A DNA stretch of 64,000 bases from Phycisphaerae bacterium (GTDB lineage Bacteria > Planctomycetota > Phycisphaerae > Sedimentisphaerales > Anaerohalosphaeraceae). Where the stretch lies: positions 8,313 to 72,312 of the forward strand of contig JADHXS010000001.1 of NCBI GenBank assembly GCA_016782835.1, read 5' to 3'. This document shows positions 45,355 to 55,600 of the stretch, one piece after another. Under the pieces are notes generated by a model. The model was not told the DNA's origin. It made no database searches and worked only from the letters and a program-made list of their open reading frames with translations. Every line of letters starts with the position of its first letter. Position 1 is the stretch's first letter. Both the position numbers and the translations under genes were made by a program.

Positions 45355-45855
45355 TTAATAATCTTGAATACTCAGCCGAATTCCCATTTGCCGTAATAAA
45401 CCAAAGTCATCGGTCCAAGGAACGGAAAAATGTTCACAGACATCAGGTATATTCATTCTAGGATTGTTCGGTCCAAGCTTATTTTCTTTTGTGACTACGG
45501 TTGCCCCAACAGCCCAAGCATGTGCAATAACAAAAGGATCTCCTTCTGATTTTTGTTTTCTAAAGTTAACCAATTCGGGGCATTCAGACATTATCTTTCG
45601 AACTTTTTCTTGGATTTCTTCACCTCTCTGCTCATCCGAAATATTGCGAATCAACTCTGGGTGAATCTTTATCCATTCAGCCAAATCATCGTCTTTGTTT
45701 TTGATTTCTTCTTTCACAATTTCTGTACAAAAAATCCGTCCTTCTCTTGCCCTTTCTGCCAACCAATCCCAATAAGATGGAGCAATCTCAGGAGAATAAT
45801 ATCCGTGCCACGCTGTAATCAAAATATTAGCGTCCAAGCAATATTGTATTGGCAT
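45355..45855 (-). CDS. DUF4411 PIN-like nuclease-fold protein (toxin candidate)
   Basis: The YCLDANILITAW...YWDWL...IVKEEI...DPFVIAHA pattern, 166 aa. Confidence 0.65.
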   Translation of the reverse strand: MPIQYCLDANILITAWHGYYSPEIAPSYWDWLAERAREGRIFCTEIVKEEIKNKDDDLAEWIKIHPELIRNISDEQRGEEIQEKVRKIMSECPELVNFRKQKSEGDPFVIAHAWAVGATVVTKENKLGPNNPRMNIPDVCEHFSVPWTDDFGLLRQMGIRLSIQDY

Positions 45856-45866
45856 TGATTTGCTCC

Positions 45867-47024
45867 CTAATATGATGAATCCAGAATACCTCGTAACTTC
45901 GGGAAATTGTTTACCTTAGAATTAAGAATCCCGGCCACTTCGGATGCTAACACAGAACCCGAAGATATAGCATCTAATGCTGTGCGAACTAATAATAATC
46001 CATTTTGGTAAAGTATGTTGCGAATGCCATCTCCCCCAGCAGACCTTGGAGGCAGATTTTGATAACGGATATTATATGTTCGAAGCAAATTCTGATATTC
46101 TTCAATCTGAATTTTGCCTATATCTTTTAAACGCCTTGCTATAACCGGCCCACTCACACAGAATTTCTTGGCAATATCATCCACATGTTCTAATAAAGCA
46201 GAATAACTCTGCGGTTTCCAACACGGTTTTAAATCTTTTGTCGGAACCAAAGCTAACCCAGCAACTTGATTGCAAAATCTTTCGATTTGCTCTTCTCTTC
46301 TCCGAGAACGTTCAGGAATATTCATATTAGAAATACCTGGCAAATTTAGCCAAATATGCGCGAGTTCATGAACCAGAGTAAATAAACGTCCGGCATAACT
46401 ATCTTTGGCATTTATATATATAAAGGGCGCATATTCATCGACTAACACAAAACCACGTGCCTCATCAAGCTCAATACTCCCTTTTTGGCAAACATTAATC
46501 CCAACCTGCTCTGCTTGAGCAATCCAGTAGTTCAAAGCAACTCGGGGAATCTTGCAGGATATTTGTTCAATAGTATCGATATTCAAAGTACTTCTTATTT
46601 TTTTGGCTATATCTAACATCGCTTCATTCAAATTGGATTCACCAATGAATTGTAAGGGTAAAAACTCTTGGAGACGAAGATATTCACGTAACCACTCCTG
46701 TTGCATTTGCATTCGCCTAATCCAAAATGCTAGTTCTGAACTCCACTCCGCAGGTTCATGGGCAGCTAAATGACGAAAATCCTGCAATGGAACATGTTCT
46801 TCTGGTGGTTCTGGCAAATAAAATATTGCTAATGGTCGCCGATAAATACTCGCTATATTTTTTAGTTGTGCAAATGTCGGTTGTTCTTCTCCATTTTCCC
46901 ATTGAAGAATTTCTTCTTCCGTCTTTTTCATCCTGCGAGAAACCTCTTCCAAATCCATTTTTGCAGTATCCCTCGCCCACTTGAGAACCGAAGGTGTAAC
47001 CAATCCTTTTATACTTTTGGACAT
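45867..47024 (-). CDS. XRE-type HTH fused to an ImmA/IrrE (M78, COG2856) zinc metallopeptidase
   Basis: N-terminal HTH (LEEVSRRMKKTEEEILQWENGEEQPTFAQLKNIASIY) and HExxH in LVHELAHIWLN. Confidence 0.75.
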   Translation of the reverse strand: MSKSIKGLVTPSVLKWARDTAKMDLEEVSRRMKKTEEEILQWENGEEQPTFAQLKNIASIYRRPLAIFYLPEPPEEHVPLQDFRHLAAHEPAEWSSELAFWIRRMQMQQEWLREYLRLQEFLPLQFIGESNLNEAMLDIAKKIRSTLNIDTIEQISCKIPRVALNYWIAQAEQVGINVCQKGSIELDEARGFVLVDEYAPFIYINAKDSYAGRLFTLVHELAHIWLNLPGISNMNIPERSRRREEQIERFCNQVAGLALVPTKDLKPCWKPQSYSALLEHVDDIAKKFCVSGPVIARRLKDIGKIQIEEYQNLLRTYNIRYQNLPPRSAGGDGIRNILYQNGLLLVRTALDAISSGSVLASEVAGILNSKVNNFPKLRGILDSSY

Positions 47025-47060
47025 AAATTCCTCAGCAAAAATGCCTATAATATTAGTTAT

Positions 47061-47741
47061 TTACTCCCGCGGCAGTTTGGCCAGGTCGAGGTCGGAGCCG
47101 GCGACCATCAGGACATCGTCGGTATAGACCACCGTGCCGGGCATGGGGACGTTGATAATGCCGTCTTCTTTTTCGTCCGTATTGGTCTGGGCGCGTTTGA
47201 TGGCGACGAGATTGACGTTGTATTTCTGGCGAAGCTGCAAATCCATGACGGTTTTTTCGTTAAAGCTGGCCGGGGCTTTAACCCGTGCCAGACTGTAACC
47301 GGGGGCAAAATCAATCTTTTCCTCGATATGCGGCGCGATAAGCCTGTACGCCCAGCGTTGAGCCGTTTCGATTTCCGGATAGACCACATCCGTCGCCCCG
47401 ACAGCACTGAATACCTGTCCGGCGGTCAGGTTGGCCGCCCGCGCATAAATCAGCGGAACGCCTATTGCTTTTAAGTTTACCACGGTCAAAATCGCCGACT
47501 CAAACGCCCGCCCGCGTTCACCCATGCCAACGATGGCCACATCCACCTTATCCACCCCTTGCGCCTTGAGGGCCTCTTCGTCGGTGCTGTCCAGACGAAC
47601 CGCATGCGTGACCTGGTCGCGAATGTCTTCAATAATCGTGCGTTCCTTGTCAATCGCAATCACTTCGGCGCCGCTCATTGACAACGCAATCGCCAGTTTT
47701 TTTCCAAAACGCCCCAGCCCTATCACCGCAAAACGTTTCAT
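47061..47741 (-). CDS. trkA: Trk/Ktr potassium-uptake NAD-binding subunit
   Basis: MKRFAVIGLGRFGKK Rossmann start (ATG 47741) and TrkA-C domain. The track start at 47756 is less likely. Confidence 0.8.
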   Translation of the reverse strand: MKRFAVIGLGRFGKKLAIALSMSGAEVIAIDKERTIIEDIRDQVTHAVRLDSTDEEALKAQGVDKVDVAIVGMGERGRAFESAILTVVNLKAIGVPLIYARAANLTAGQVFSAVGATDVVYPEIETAQRWAYRLIAPHIEEKIDFAPGYSLARVKAPASFNEKTVMDLQLRQKYNVNLVAIKRAQTNTDEKEDGIINVPMPGTVVYTDDVLMVAGSDLDLAKLPRE

Positions 47742-48163
47742 AATCACTCCGTTCAAAATAAAATATCAAAATGAAAAAATCAAAATTAAGGCAGTCCGGC
47801 CCGCAGGGCCGTCCATATTTTTACTTTTTACTTTTTAATCTTTGATTTTTCTATCCGACCATGACCGCCTCGGATGGATAATCATAAACGGCCGGCTTGA
47901 GATTAAACGTCAGCCCCGCCAGCAACGTCATCGGCCCCAGTCCTATCACCGCAAAACGTTTCATAATCACTCCGTTCAAAATAAAATATCAAAATGAAAA
48001 AATCAAAATTAAGGCAGTCCGGCCCGCAGGGCCGTCCATATTTTTACTTTCTACTTTTTAATCTTTGATTTTTCTATCCGACCATGACCGCCTCGGATGG
48101 ATAATCATAAACGGCCGGCTTGAGATTAAACGTCAGCCCCGCCAGCAACGTCATCGGCCCCAG
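47711..48163. repeat. 223-bp tandem duplication (47711-47940 / 47934-48163), 221/223 identical
   Basis: Base-by-base alignment at offset 223. Mismatches at 47718/47941 and 47828/48051. The copies share GCCCCAG at the junction. Confidence 0.9.
47851..47964 (-). other. chimeric 37-codon ORF created by the duplication (trkA codons 1-10 fused in frame to the last 27 codons of trkH)
   Basis: Own translation: MKRFAVIGLG|PMTLLAGLTFNLKPAVYDYPSEAVMVG*. Confidence 0.4.
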
Positions 48164-49867
48164 CCTTCCGACCAGCATGGTGACAATGATAATCCATTTG
48201 CCCGCGGTTGTCAAAGTCGGCGTCACACCCGCCGTCAGCCCCACCGTTCCCAGCGCCGAGGCGGCTTCGAAGCTCAAATCCACCAGCGACCACTGCTGGC
48301 CGTTGTTGCCGCGATTATTGTGCTCGGTCAGCACCAGCAGCCCGCTGGCGACCGTCAACAACGCTGCAAATAACAGCATGACCGTCATGGCCCGACCGAC
48401 CACGACCAGCCGCACCGACCGCCTGAACAGCTCCACTTCCCGGCGTTTACGCAGCGTCGCATAAATCACCATGACCACGATTGCCAGCGTCACCGTTTTG
48501 ATGCCGCCTGCCGTCGAACCGGGGGAGCCGCCGATAAACATCAGCAGCATCAACACCAGCTTGCTGCCTTCCGACAAGGCCGCAATATTGATGGTATTAA
48601 AGCCTGCCGTTCGTGCCGTAATCGACTGGAACAGGGCAATCTTGAATCGGCTGTCATGCTCGGCCTGCGGTGAAAAATGCTCGAACAACATTAACAATGC
48701 CGTACCGACGACAATGAGAATCAAACTGGTGGTCAGCACAATCTTTGTCTGCAATTGCAGACGTTCGGGAATTCCCAGACTAAAACCAAATTCCGGAGAC
48801 AATTTCCGCCGGAAAAATCGCTTCGTACGGTCCGCGGCAACATGCGTCAAGTTATACAGTACCCCAAATCCAAGCCCGCCTAAAATAATCAGCGGAGCAA
48901 TCACCGCATAGACACCTGTTGAGCTGTTGTAATCGACCAGACTGTTTTTAAATAAACTGAAACCCGCATTACAGAACGCACTGATTGAATGGAAAATACT
49001 GTAAAACCATTGCTGCGGTCCGGTCACCGCCTCCGGCACATTATCCCACATCGGGTAAAGCAATAACGCACCAATCCCCTCTATCACAAGCGTGCCCAGG
49101 AAAATAAAACCGATCATCACACTGATTCGGCTCAGCGTCTGGGCATTCAGAATATCCTGCATCGCCAGCGATTCTCTCACGCTTAACGCCTGCCCCAAAA
49201 GCAGGGCCAGCACCGCACCGAAAATCACAATGCCTAATCCGCCCAGTTGAATCAATGTCAAAATGATAATCTGTCCCAGTTGCGTAAAATCGCTGCCGGT
49301 ATCGACCACAATCAATCCGGTTACACAGGTCGCACTGGTGGCGGTAAAGAACGCGTTCGTAACGCTCATGTTATCAAGATTATGCGCTCTGGGCAGCATC
49401 AACATCCCGGCACCGGCACAAATCAAAACCACAAACAAAACGATGAGCACCAATGTCGGATTTCGTCCCGAAGACGCCAGCAGAATCATTCCTAAACAGA
49501 CCTTTGAAATGGCCTGTAAAATCAGGTAGCCGGACACCGACGTCAAAATAACATCCGAACGGCTTTCCAACGCAAACCAGCGACCCGCCCCGACCGCAAT
49601 AACCAGCAGCCCAATCATCAGCGGAATTTCAAACCAGTTGACTTTCAAAAACTCCAGTTTGTTTTGCGCATTAAAAAGACGCACGAGCTTTTCCGCCAGG
49701 AAAACAAACACCATCACCGCCTGAATGCTGTGCAGCAGGGTCGCCGTCAAAACCGGCTCGTCAAAACCGTACAGCATCACAAACGTGGCAATGACAATGG
49801 TCATCGACAGAAAATTAATGCCGATGACCGAACGCTCAATCGCCTTGTTTTTATACAAAAGCTTCAT
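48074..49867 (-). CDS. trkH: TrkH/KtrB-family potassium transporter with N-terminal extension
   Basis: 597 aa polytopic. Repeated pore-loop GFN / GGSPGSTAGG-type segments. Confidence 0.85.
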   Translation of the reverse strand: MKLLYKNKAIERSVIGINFLSMTIVIATFVMLYGFDEPVLTATLLHSIQAVMVFVFLAEKLVRLFNAQNKLEFLKVNWFEIPLMIGLLVIAVGAGRWFALESRSDVILTSVSGYLILQAISKVCLGMILLASSGRNPTLVLIVLFVVLICAGAGMLMLPRAHNLDNMSVTNAFFTATSATCVTGLIVVDTGSDFTQLGQIIILTLIQLGGLGIVIFGAVLALLLGQALSVRESLAMQDILNAQTLSRISVMIGFIFLGTLVIEGIGALLLYPMWDNVPEAVTGPQQWFYSIFHSISAFCNAGFSLFKNSLVDYNSSTGVYAVIAPLIILGGLGFGVLYNLTHVAADRTKRFFRRKLSPEFGFSLGIPERLQLQTKIVLTTSLILIVVGTALLMLFEHFSPQAEHDSRFKIALFQSITARTAGFNTINIAALSEGSKLVLMLLMFIGGSPGSTAGGIKTVTLAIVVMVIYATLRKRREVELFRRSVRLVVVGRAMTVMLLFAALLTVASGLLVLTEHNNRGNNGQQWSLVDLSFEAASALGTVGLTAGVTPTLTTAGKWIIIVTMLVGRLGPMTLLAGLTFNLKPAVYDYPSEAVMVG

Positions 49868-49978
49868 ATCTTCTTCTTTTACAGTCAGTTAGAAAATCAA
49901 CGATTAACTCAAAGCCGGCCTGACCGACATCCTTTGCACTGCCATTTAACCGTTTTCGGCTCGGATTTCCAGTTAATT

Positions 49979-52078
49979 TTACCCCACATCCACCAGCCCC
50001 AGTTTGGTCCCGAAGCGTTTAATCAGTTCGCCGCGAATCAGGGCGTGGGGTTTCTGCGTCAGGGTCGGGTCGATTTGAATCATTGCAAAGGCATCCCGGC
50101 GGGCCAGGTTCAGCAGGTCAAAGTCCTCCACAATGTTGGCAATCTTCAAATCGGGGAGCCCATGCTGACGGGTACTGAACAATTCGCCGGGCCCCCGCAG
50201 TTTCAGGTCATGTTCAGCAATCTCAAAACCGTCCCGGCTGCGCGTCATGATGTCCAGCCGGCTGACGGCAGTTTCGTCCTCGGTCTCAGCAAAGAGAAAA
50301 CAATACGACTTGCTCTGCCCCCGGCCGATACGGCCCCGAAGCTGATGTAACTGGGCCAAGCCAAATCGATTGGCGTTTTCAATCACCATCATCGTGGCGT
50401 TGGGAATATCCACGCCGACCTCAATGACGACCGTTGAAACCAGCACGTCCAGCTTGCCTGCTCGAAAGGCGGCCATAATGTCCTTCTTCTCCTCCGTCGG
50501 CATCTGTCCGTGCAAAAGCCCGACTTTAAATTCCGGAAAAACCGTCGATTGCAAACGATGGTATTCATCGACTGCCGCCCTAATATCGGTTTTCTCCGAA
50601 TCGCCCGGCTCTTCCGAATCGATGCGCGGATACACAAAGTACGCCTGTTTTTTCGCCTTCAATCGCTGGCGGATAAAGTCCATCGCTTTATTGCGGTCGT
50701 GCGGCTGCACCCAGCGGGTAATCACTTCCCCCCGCCCCGGCGGACTGTGCTTAATGACCGACACATCCAGGTCGCCAAACGCCGTCATCGCCAGTGTCCG
50801 CGGAATCGGTGTGGCCGTCATCACCAGACAGTGCGGGCTGCGACCCTTTCGCAAACCGGCGCGCTGATGAACGCCAAACTTGTGCTGTTCGTCAATAATA
50901 ACAAGTCCCAGATTGGCATAATCAATATCGCCCTGCAGCAGCGCGACCGTCCCGACGACAATATCCACATCGCCGGTTTTGATACGCTCCAGAACCGCCT
51001 GCCGCTTTTTGCCTGTGATACCGCCGACAATCAATTCGCGTTTGACCCGGCTGCCCTTCAAAAAACGCTCCATGTTCTGATAATGCTGGCGGGCGAGAAT
51101 TTCCGTCGGGGCCATAATGACCGCCTGACATTTATTCGCCACCGCTGTCAACGCCGCATAGAGTGCCACAACCGTCTTGCCGGAGCCGACATCGCCCTGC
51201 AACAAACGATTCATCGGAATTTCTTTGGCCATATCCGCCACGACCTCTCCGATGACATTTTCCTGGTCTTCGGTCAAAATAAACGGGAACCGCCGACGAA
51301 TGCGATGGTCGATTGTTTCCTCACACCGCATCGGTATCGCGGGGTTGCCATGCTGAACATGATAGCGCCGCAGCGCCAGCCCCGCTTGCATCAAAAACAG
51401 TTCATCGTATTTAAGCCGTCGTTTGGCCTGAGCAAGGGTATCTTCATCGTCCGGCCCATGAATCTGCCGAAAGGCGATTGGGCGAGCCATCAGTTCATTC
51501 TTTTTCGAAAATGCCTCATCAAACAGCTCCGGCACCAGCGGGGCCATTTCGTCGATATGCGACCGCATGATTTTTTTGATTTGCCAGCTTTGCAGTTTGG
51601 CGGTAGCCGGATAGACCGGCCCGCTGAACGCTTCCGGCCCCCGCGGCTGGTCTTCCTGCAGGACAATAAACTTCGGATTGCTCATTTGAAGCTGGTATTT
51701 GTATTTTTTCGCCTTGCCGTGAACCAGCAAGACTTTGCCCGGCTCAAGCTGATTGATGAGATATCGGCCGTGGAACCACACCACCCGCATCAATCCTGTC
51801 TCATCGGCTAAGGTGATTTCAAAAATGGGAATTTTGCGATATGGCTGCCAGTCGGTCTGTTCGACTATGCCCACGATGCAAACCGTCTGGTTAGCCCGAA
51901 CATCACAAATCTGAACCGGTTCCGGCAGAAAAACCCAATCCCGCGGATAATATTCCAGCAAATCGCCAACCGTCCGGACATCCAGCTCACCAAACGCCTT
52001 CCCCCGCGCAGGCCCAACCCCCTTCAAAAACTGCACTGGTGTCTCTAATGTAATCTGATTGGCTTGCTGCTCTGCCAT
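49979..52078 (-). CDS. recG: ATP-dependent DNA helicase RecG
   Basis: Wedge domain, GDVGSGKT, DEQHKFG, and QLRGRIGRG. Confidence 0.9.
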   Translation of the reverse strand: MAEQQANQITLETPVQFLKGVGPARGKAFGELDVRTVGDLLEYYPRDWVFLPEPVQICDVRANQTVCIVGIVEQTDWQPYRKIPIFEITLADETGLMRVVWFHGRYLINQLEPGKVLLVHGKAKKYKYQLQMSNPKFIVLQEDQPRGPEAFSGPVYPATAKLQSWQIKKIMRSHIDEMAPLVPELFDEAFSKKNELMARPIAFRQIHGPDDEDTLAQAKRRLKYDELFLMQAGLALRRYHVQHGNPAIPMRCEETIDHRIRRRFPFILTEDQENVIGEVVADMAKEIPMNRLLQGDVGSGKTVVALYAALTAVANKCQAVIMAPTEILARQHYQNMERFLKGSRVKRELIVGGITGKKRQAVLERIKTGDVDIVVGTVALLQGDIDYANLGLVIIDEQHKFGVHQRAGLRKGRSPHCLVMTATPIPRTLAMTAFGDLDVSVIKHSPPGRGEVITRWVQPHDRNKAMDFIRQRLKAKKQAYFVYPRIDSEEPGDSEKTDIRAAVDEYHRLQSTVFPEFKVGLLHGQMPTEEKKDIMAAFRAGKLDVLVSTVVIEVGVDIPNATMMVIENANRFGLAQLHQLRGRIGRGQSKSYCFLFAETEDETAVSRLDIMTRSRDGFEIAEHDLKLRGPGELFSTRQHGLPDLKIANIVEDFDLLNLARRDAFAMIQIDPTLTQKPHALIRGELIKRFGTKLGLVDVG

Positions 52079-52647
52079 AGCTTCCTTATCAATGCATTAT
52101 CCCCGATTTTCCTACTATAATGCACGCAAAGAAGCTTTTTTGCAAAACTTTTCTGGTTTATTTGCCCTCGCTTGAATGTTGACCGCCAACTTGATTCAGC
52201 TTTTCTTCCAGCTCTGTGAGCCGGTATTCCAGTTCCAGCGATTTTGCCTTATTTTTCAAATCGCCTCGGTCAATCCGCCCGCTTGGAGCATATAGACTCC
52301 CATGACTACAACCATCACTATCATACAAAAAACTCCGGCCGCTTCGATCATCGGATCTTCAATTGGGCTATCTATTTATTTAATAAAGTCGCTTGAAAAA
52401 AGCCAAGGTTCATTTTTGTACGAAAATCGGATAATAATCACCGTCTCAATGTCCTATAATAACAAAATAACCCTACTATTCAGCGGGTTTTTTGTTGCTT
52501 TGCTGTTTTATCATAATTAAAGTCAAGAAAAAGAGACCAAAACTTCGAAAAACATAGGATAATCGCCCTTGTTGTTGTAAACTAAGGGTCCGATAAGAAT
52601 GTGCGTATTAAGTTCGGGTGTATGGGTTTTTTAACAGGAGTGGTATT

Positions 52648-55600
52648 GTGAATTCACAGGAAAACCAAGCGCAAGTCAGTAACGGCCAGTCAGAAGCTGA
52701 ATCGCTCAGGCAGAAGGTTCAAAAGTACAAAACGTATCTGGCCCAAATTCTCAAGCAAAAGGAGAACCTCTCCGGTACCTGCGAAGACCAGGCGACCTAT
52801 ATCGCCGACATTACCGAGCAATTGGAGCAGATACGCACCCAAAACGAATCACTTCAACAACAGTTCGACCAGCTTCGCTCACAACAGGCTCAGGATGCGC
52901 AAGTACAACCGGACAGTCAAAAACTCAGCGAACAACTCGAACAGTCCGACATCAAAATCCGCGAACTGGAAGAATACCTTCGTACCCAACAGCAGCAGCA
53001 AGAACAGGCCCAACAGGACAACTGTCGGCTTCACGAACAATTAGAACAAACCGCCACGAGATTGAAGGAACTGGAAGAATCCTACCAGACTCAACAGGAA
53101 GAAATCTCTCAGACCCAGCGCCAAAAACAGGAACTGACCGAACAAATCGAGCAGGCAAATGAAAAAACCCGCGAATTGGAAGCCGTACTTGAAAACCAAA
53201 CTCGGACTGCCGAAGATATCGCCGCCCTGCAGAAGCAGTTCGACCAGGCCAATCAAAACCTCGCTCAACTCACCCGGCAGAAAGAAAACCTCACCGGTAC
53301 CTGCGAGGATCAGTACAAAACAATCCTCGAAATTTCCGAGCAGGTTCAGGCGCTTAGCGAACAAAAAACGCATGCCAAAGAACATATCGAACAACTCCGG
53401 CTTCAATTGCAGCAGCTCTCCGGCGCCGAGGGACAAAGTGGACAACTGGCCGAATCCATCCGGCAGGCCAACACTCGAATTCAGGAACTTCAAAATGACC
53501 TCGATACCCGACAGGCTGAATGGAATCGGCAAACAAATGAATTCCAAACACAGTTAACCGAAAAAGATAGCCGGCGCCAACAGCTCACCGAGCAGTTAAA
53601 GCAGGTCAATGACGCAAAGCATCATCTCGAAGAAGAAAGCCACGCGCTGCAATCGACCCTTTCGTCACAACAGGAAGAAATCGACTGCCAGCGACAGAAA
53701 GCCGAACAACTGCAGGAAACCCTGCACGAAACTGAAGAACTCCTGCGTCATCAGAAACACGCCTTCGGCCAAAACGAAGAATCCGTTTCCCAGCTTCGCA
53801 AAGAACTCAACAACCTGCAGACGGTTCATCAGGAAACGGTTGCTCAAAACGAATCGCTTCAGATCCGTCTCCGGCAGGCCGACAGCAATTATCAATCCTC
53901 CCAACAGGAAATCGGCCAATTGCAGGCCTATTTGTCCAAACGACAGGAGGATATCGACTGCCGCGAACAAAAATATCAACAATTTCAAACGTCATTGCAG
54001 GAAACCGAAGCACGTCTCCAACTGCAAACACAAACCGGCGTTCTCATGGAGCAAAAAGTCGCAGCGCTTAACGACAAACTCAATGCGCTGCAAGCACAGA
54101 ATCAGGAAATGCTCACCGAAAACCAGTCTCTGCGAGCACAGGCCGAAGACTGGAACCGGAAATATCAGGACCTGCAGCACGACCGGCAGGCACTGCAAAA
54201 CGAATTCGACAAGGTACGGTCTCATCTGGAAACCAAAACCAGCGATTTACAGCAGACCGCCCTCGAATTAAAACAACATCAGGAACAAAAAGATACACTG
54301 CAGGCGGAATTGGCTTCTGCCAATCAAGACGCCGAAGAATCCAAACAGGCGCATCAACAAATTTGCGATGAACTTGAAGCCAAACAACAATCCTTTGAGC
54401 AGGAATTGGCGGACCGACAGGAAACCATCCGGTCACTTCAGGCCCAAACCGAAGAATGGCAAGCGAAACACCTGACCATTCAGGAAGAAAAGGGAAACCT
54501 CCAGGCAACCCTGTCTTCTCTGCAGGAAGAACTGACCCAAAAGGAAAACAACTACCAGCAGCTCCAATCGGCCCTGCAGGAAACGGAAACACTGTTGACG
54601 CAGGAAAAAGATGTGACCGCACAGACCAAAGAAAAACTGGAAACCCTGCAAGCCGAATTCAACGCCCTGCAAACACAGCATCAGGAAACAACACAGGAAA
54701 ACCAATCGCTGGCGGAACGTGTGAACGAATGGCAGCAAAAACATCACGCCGCAGAACAAAAATATCAGGCATCGCAAACCAAATACCAATCGCTGAAATT
54801 GCAGTTACAGGAAAAAACCGAACAGGCTGAACAGTTTGAAAGCCAACTGGCTGACAGCCTGCAAAAACACAAACTGTTTAAGCAGGCACTGAAAAATAAG
54901 GACGCCCAGTTCGATGACCTCCAGCAGCAGGCCGATACACTGCAAAAACAAGTCCGGATGAAAGCACAAGCACTGGAACTGGCCAAAGACACACACCGCC
55001 AGCTTCAGGACGACCTTGAACAAAGGACAGAACAATTTGAAAAAGAACGCGCGGCCCAACAGCAGCAAATCCAATCCCTGCAAACAGATATTGACGAAAC
55101 AACCGGTTGTATTGATGAGCTTTCCATCTTAATCCAGGACGTGAATACGGAAAACGAAGAACTGCATCAACATGTTGAACAAACCATGCAGCAGATAACA
55201 CAGATTCAAAACCGAATGGCCAAACAGAAAAAGGAAAATGAAGAGCTTCGCGCCGAAAATGCGACGCTCCAGCAACCGGCCGGTATCCTGGCAAAAACAC
55301 AGGAAGAACGCGATACCGCTCAGCAGCGCGTTCAGTCACTCGAGCAGTCACTGGCACAGGAAAGAGCCGTCCTGAAAGTCACACAGCAGGAAATGCAGAA
55401 GTACCACAAGATGACCAGCGACCTTCAGGAAAAGGTCTGCAAGATGACCACCGACGTTCAGCACGTCAAAGATGCTGAACTGCATGCCCGTCAGGAATTG
55501 GTCAAGACCAACGAACAATTGACCGCTCTGCAGAAAAATAAAGAAAATTATCAAAAACAGAGTGAATCGTTCCAGCAGTATGTGGCCAAGATGGAAGCAA

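Larger units (their letters stand above)
45340..47045. other. AT-rich two-gene accessory islet
   Basis: Hand counts: 22/60 G+C at 46321-46380 versus 35/60 at 47101-47160. Confidence 0.55.

Noticed and set aside
50510-51811. Long antisense ORFs opposite real genes (also 9090-10046, 14555-15298, 15576-16076, 37545-38360, 61135-61977, 7181-7855).
   Set aside because: They are shadow frames of well-supported genes on the other strand (recG, leuB, CDP-alcohol transferase, ankyrin, propeller protein, catalase, GTPase). Their composition is R/H/Q-rich and unlike real proteins.
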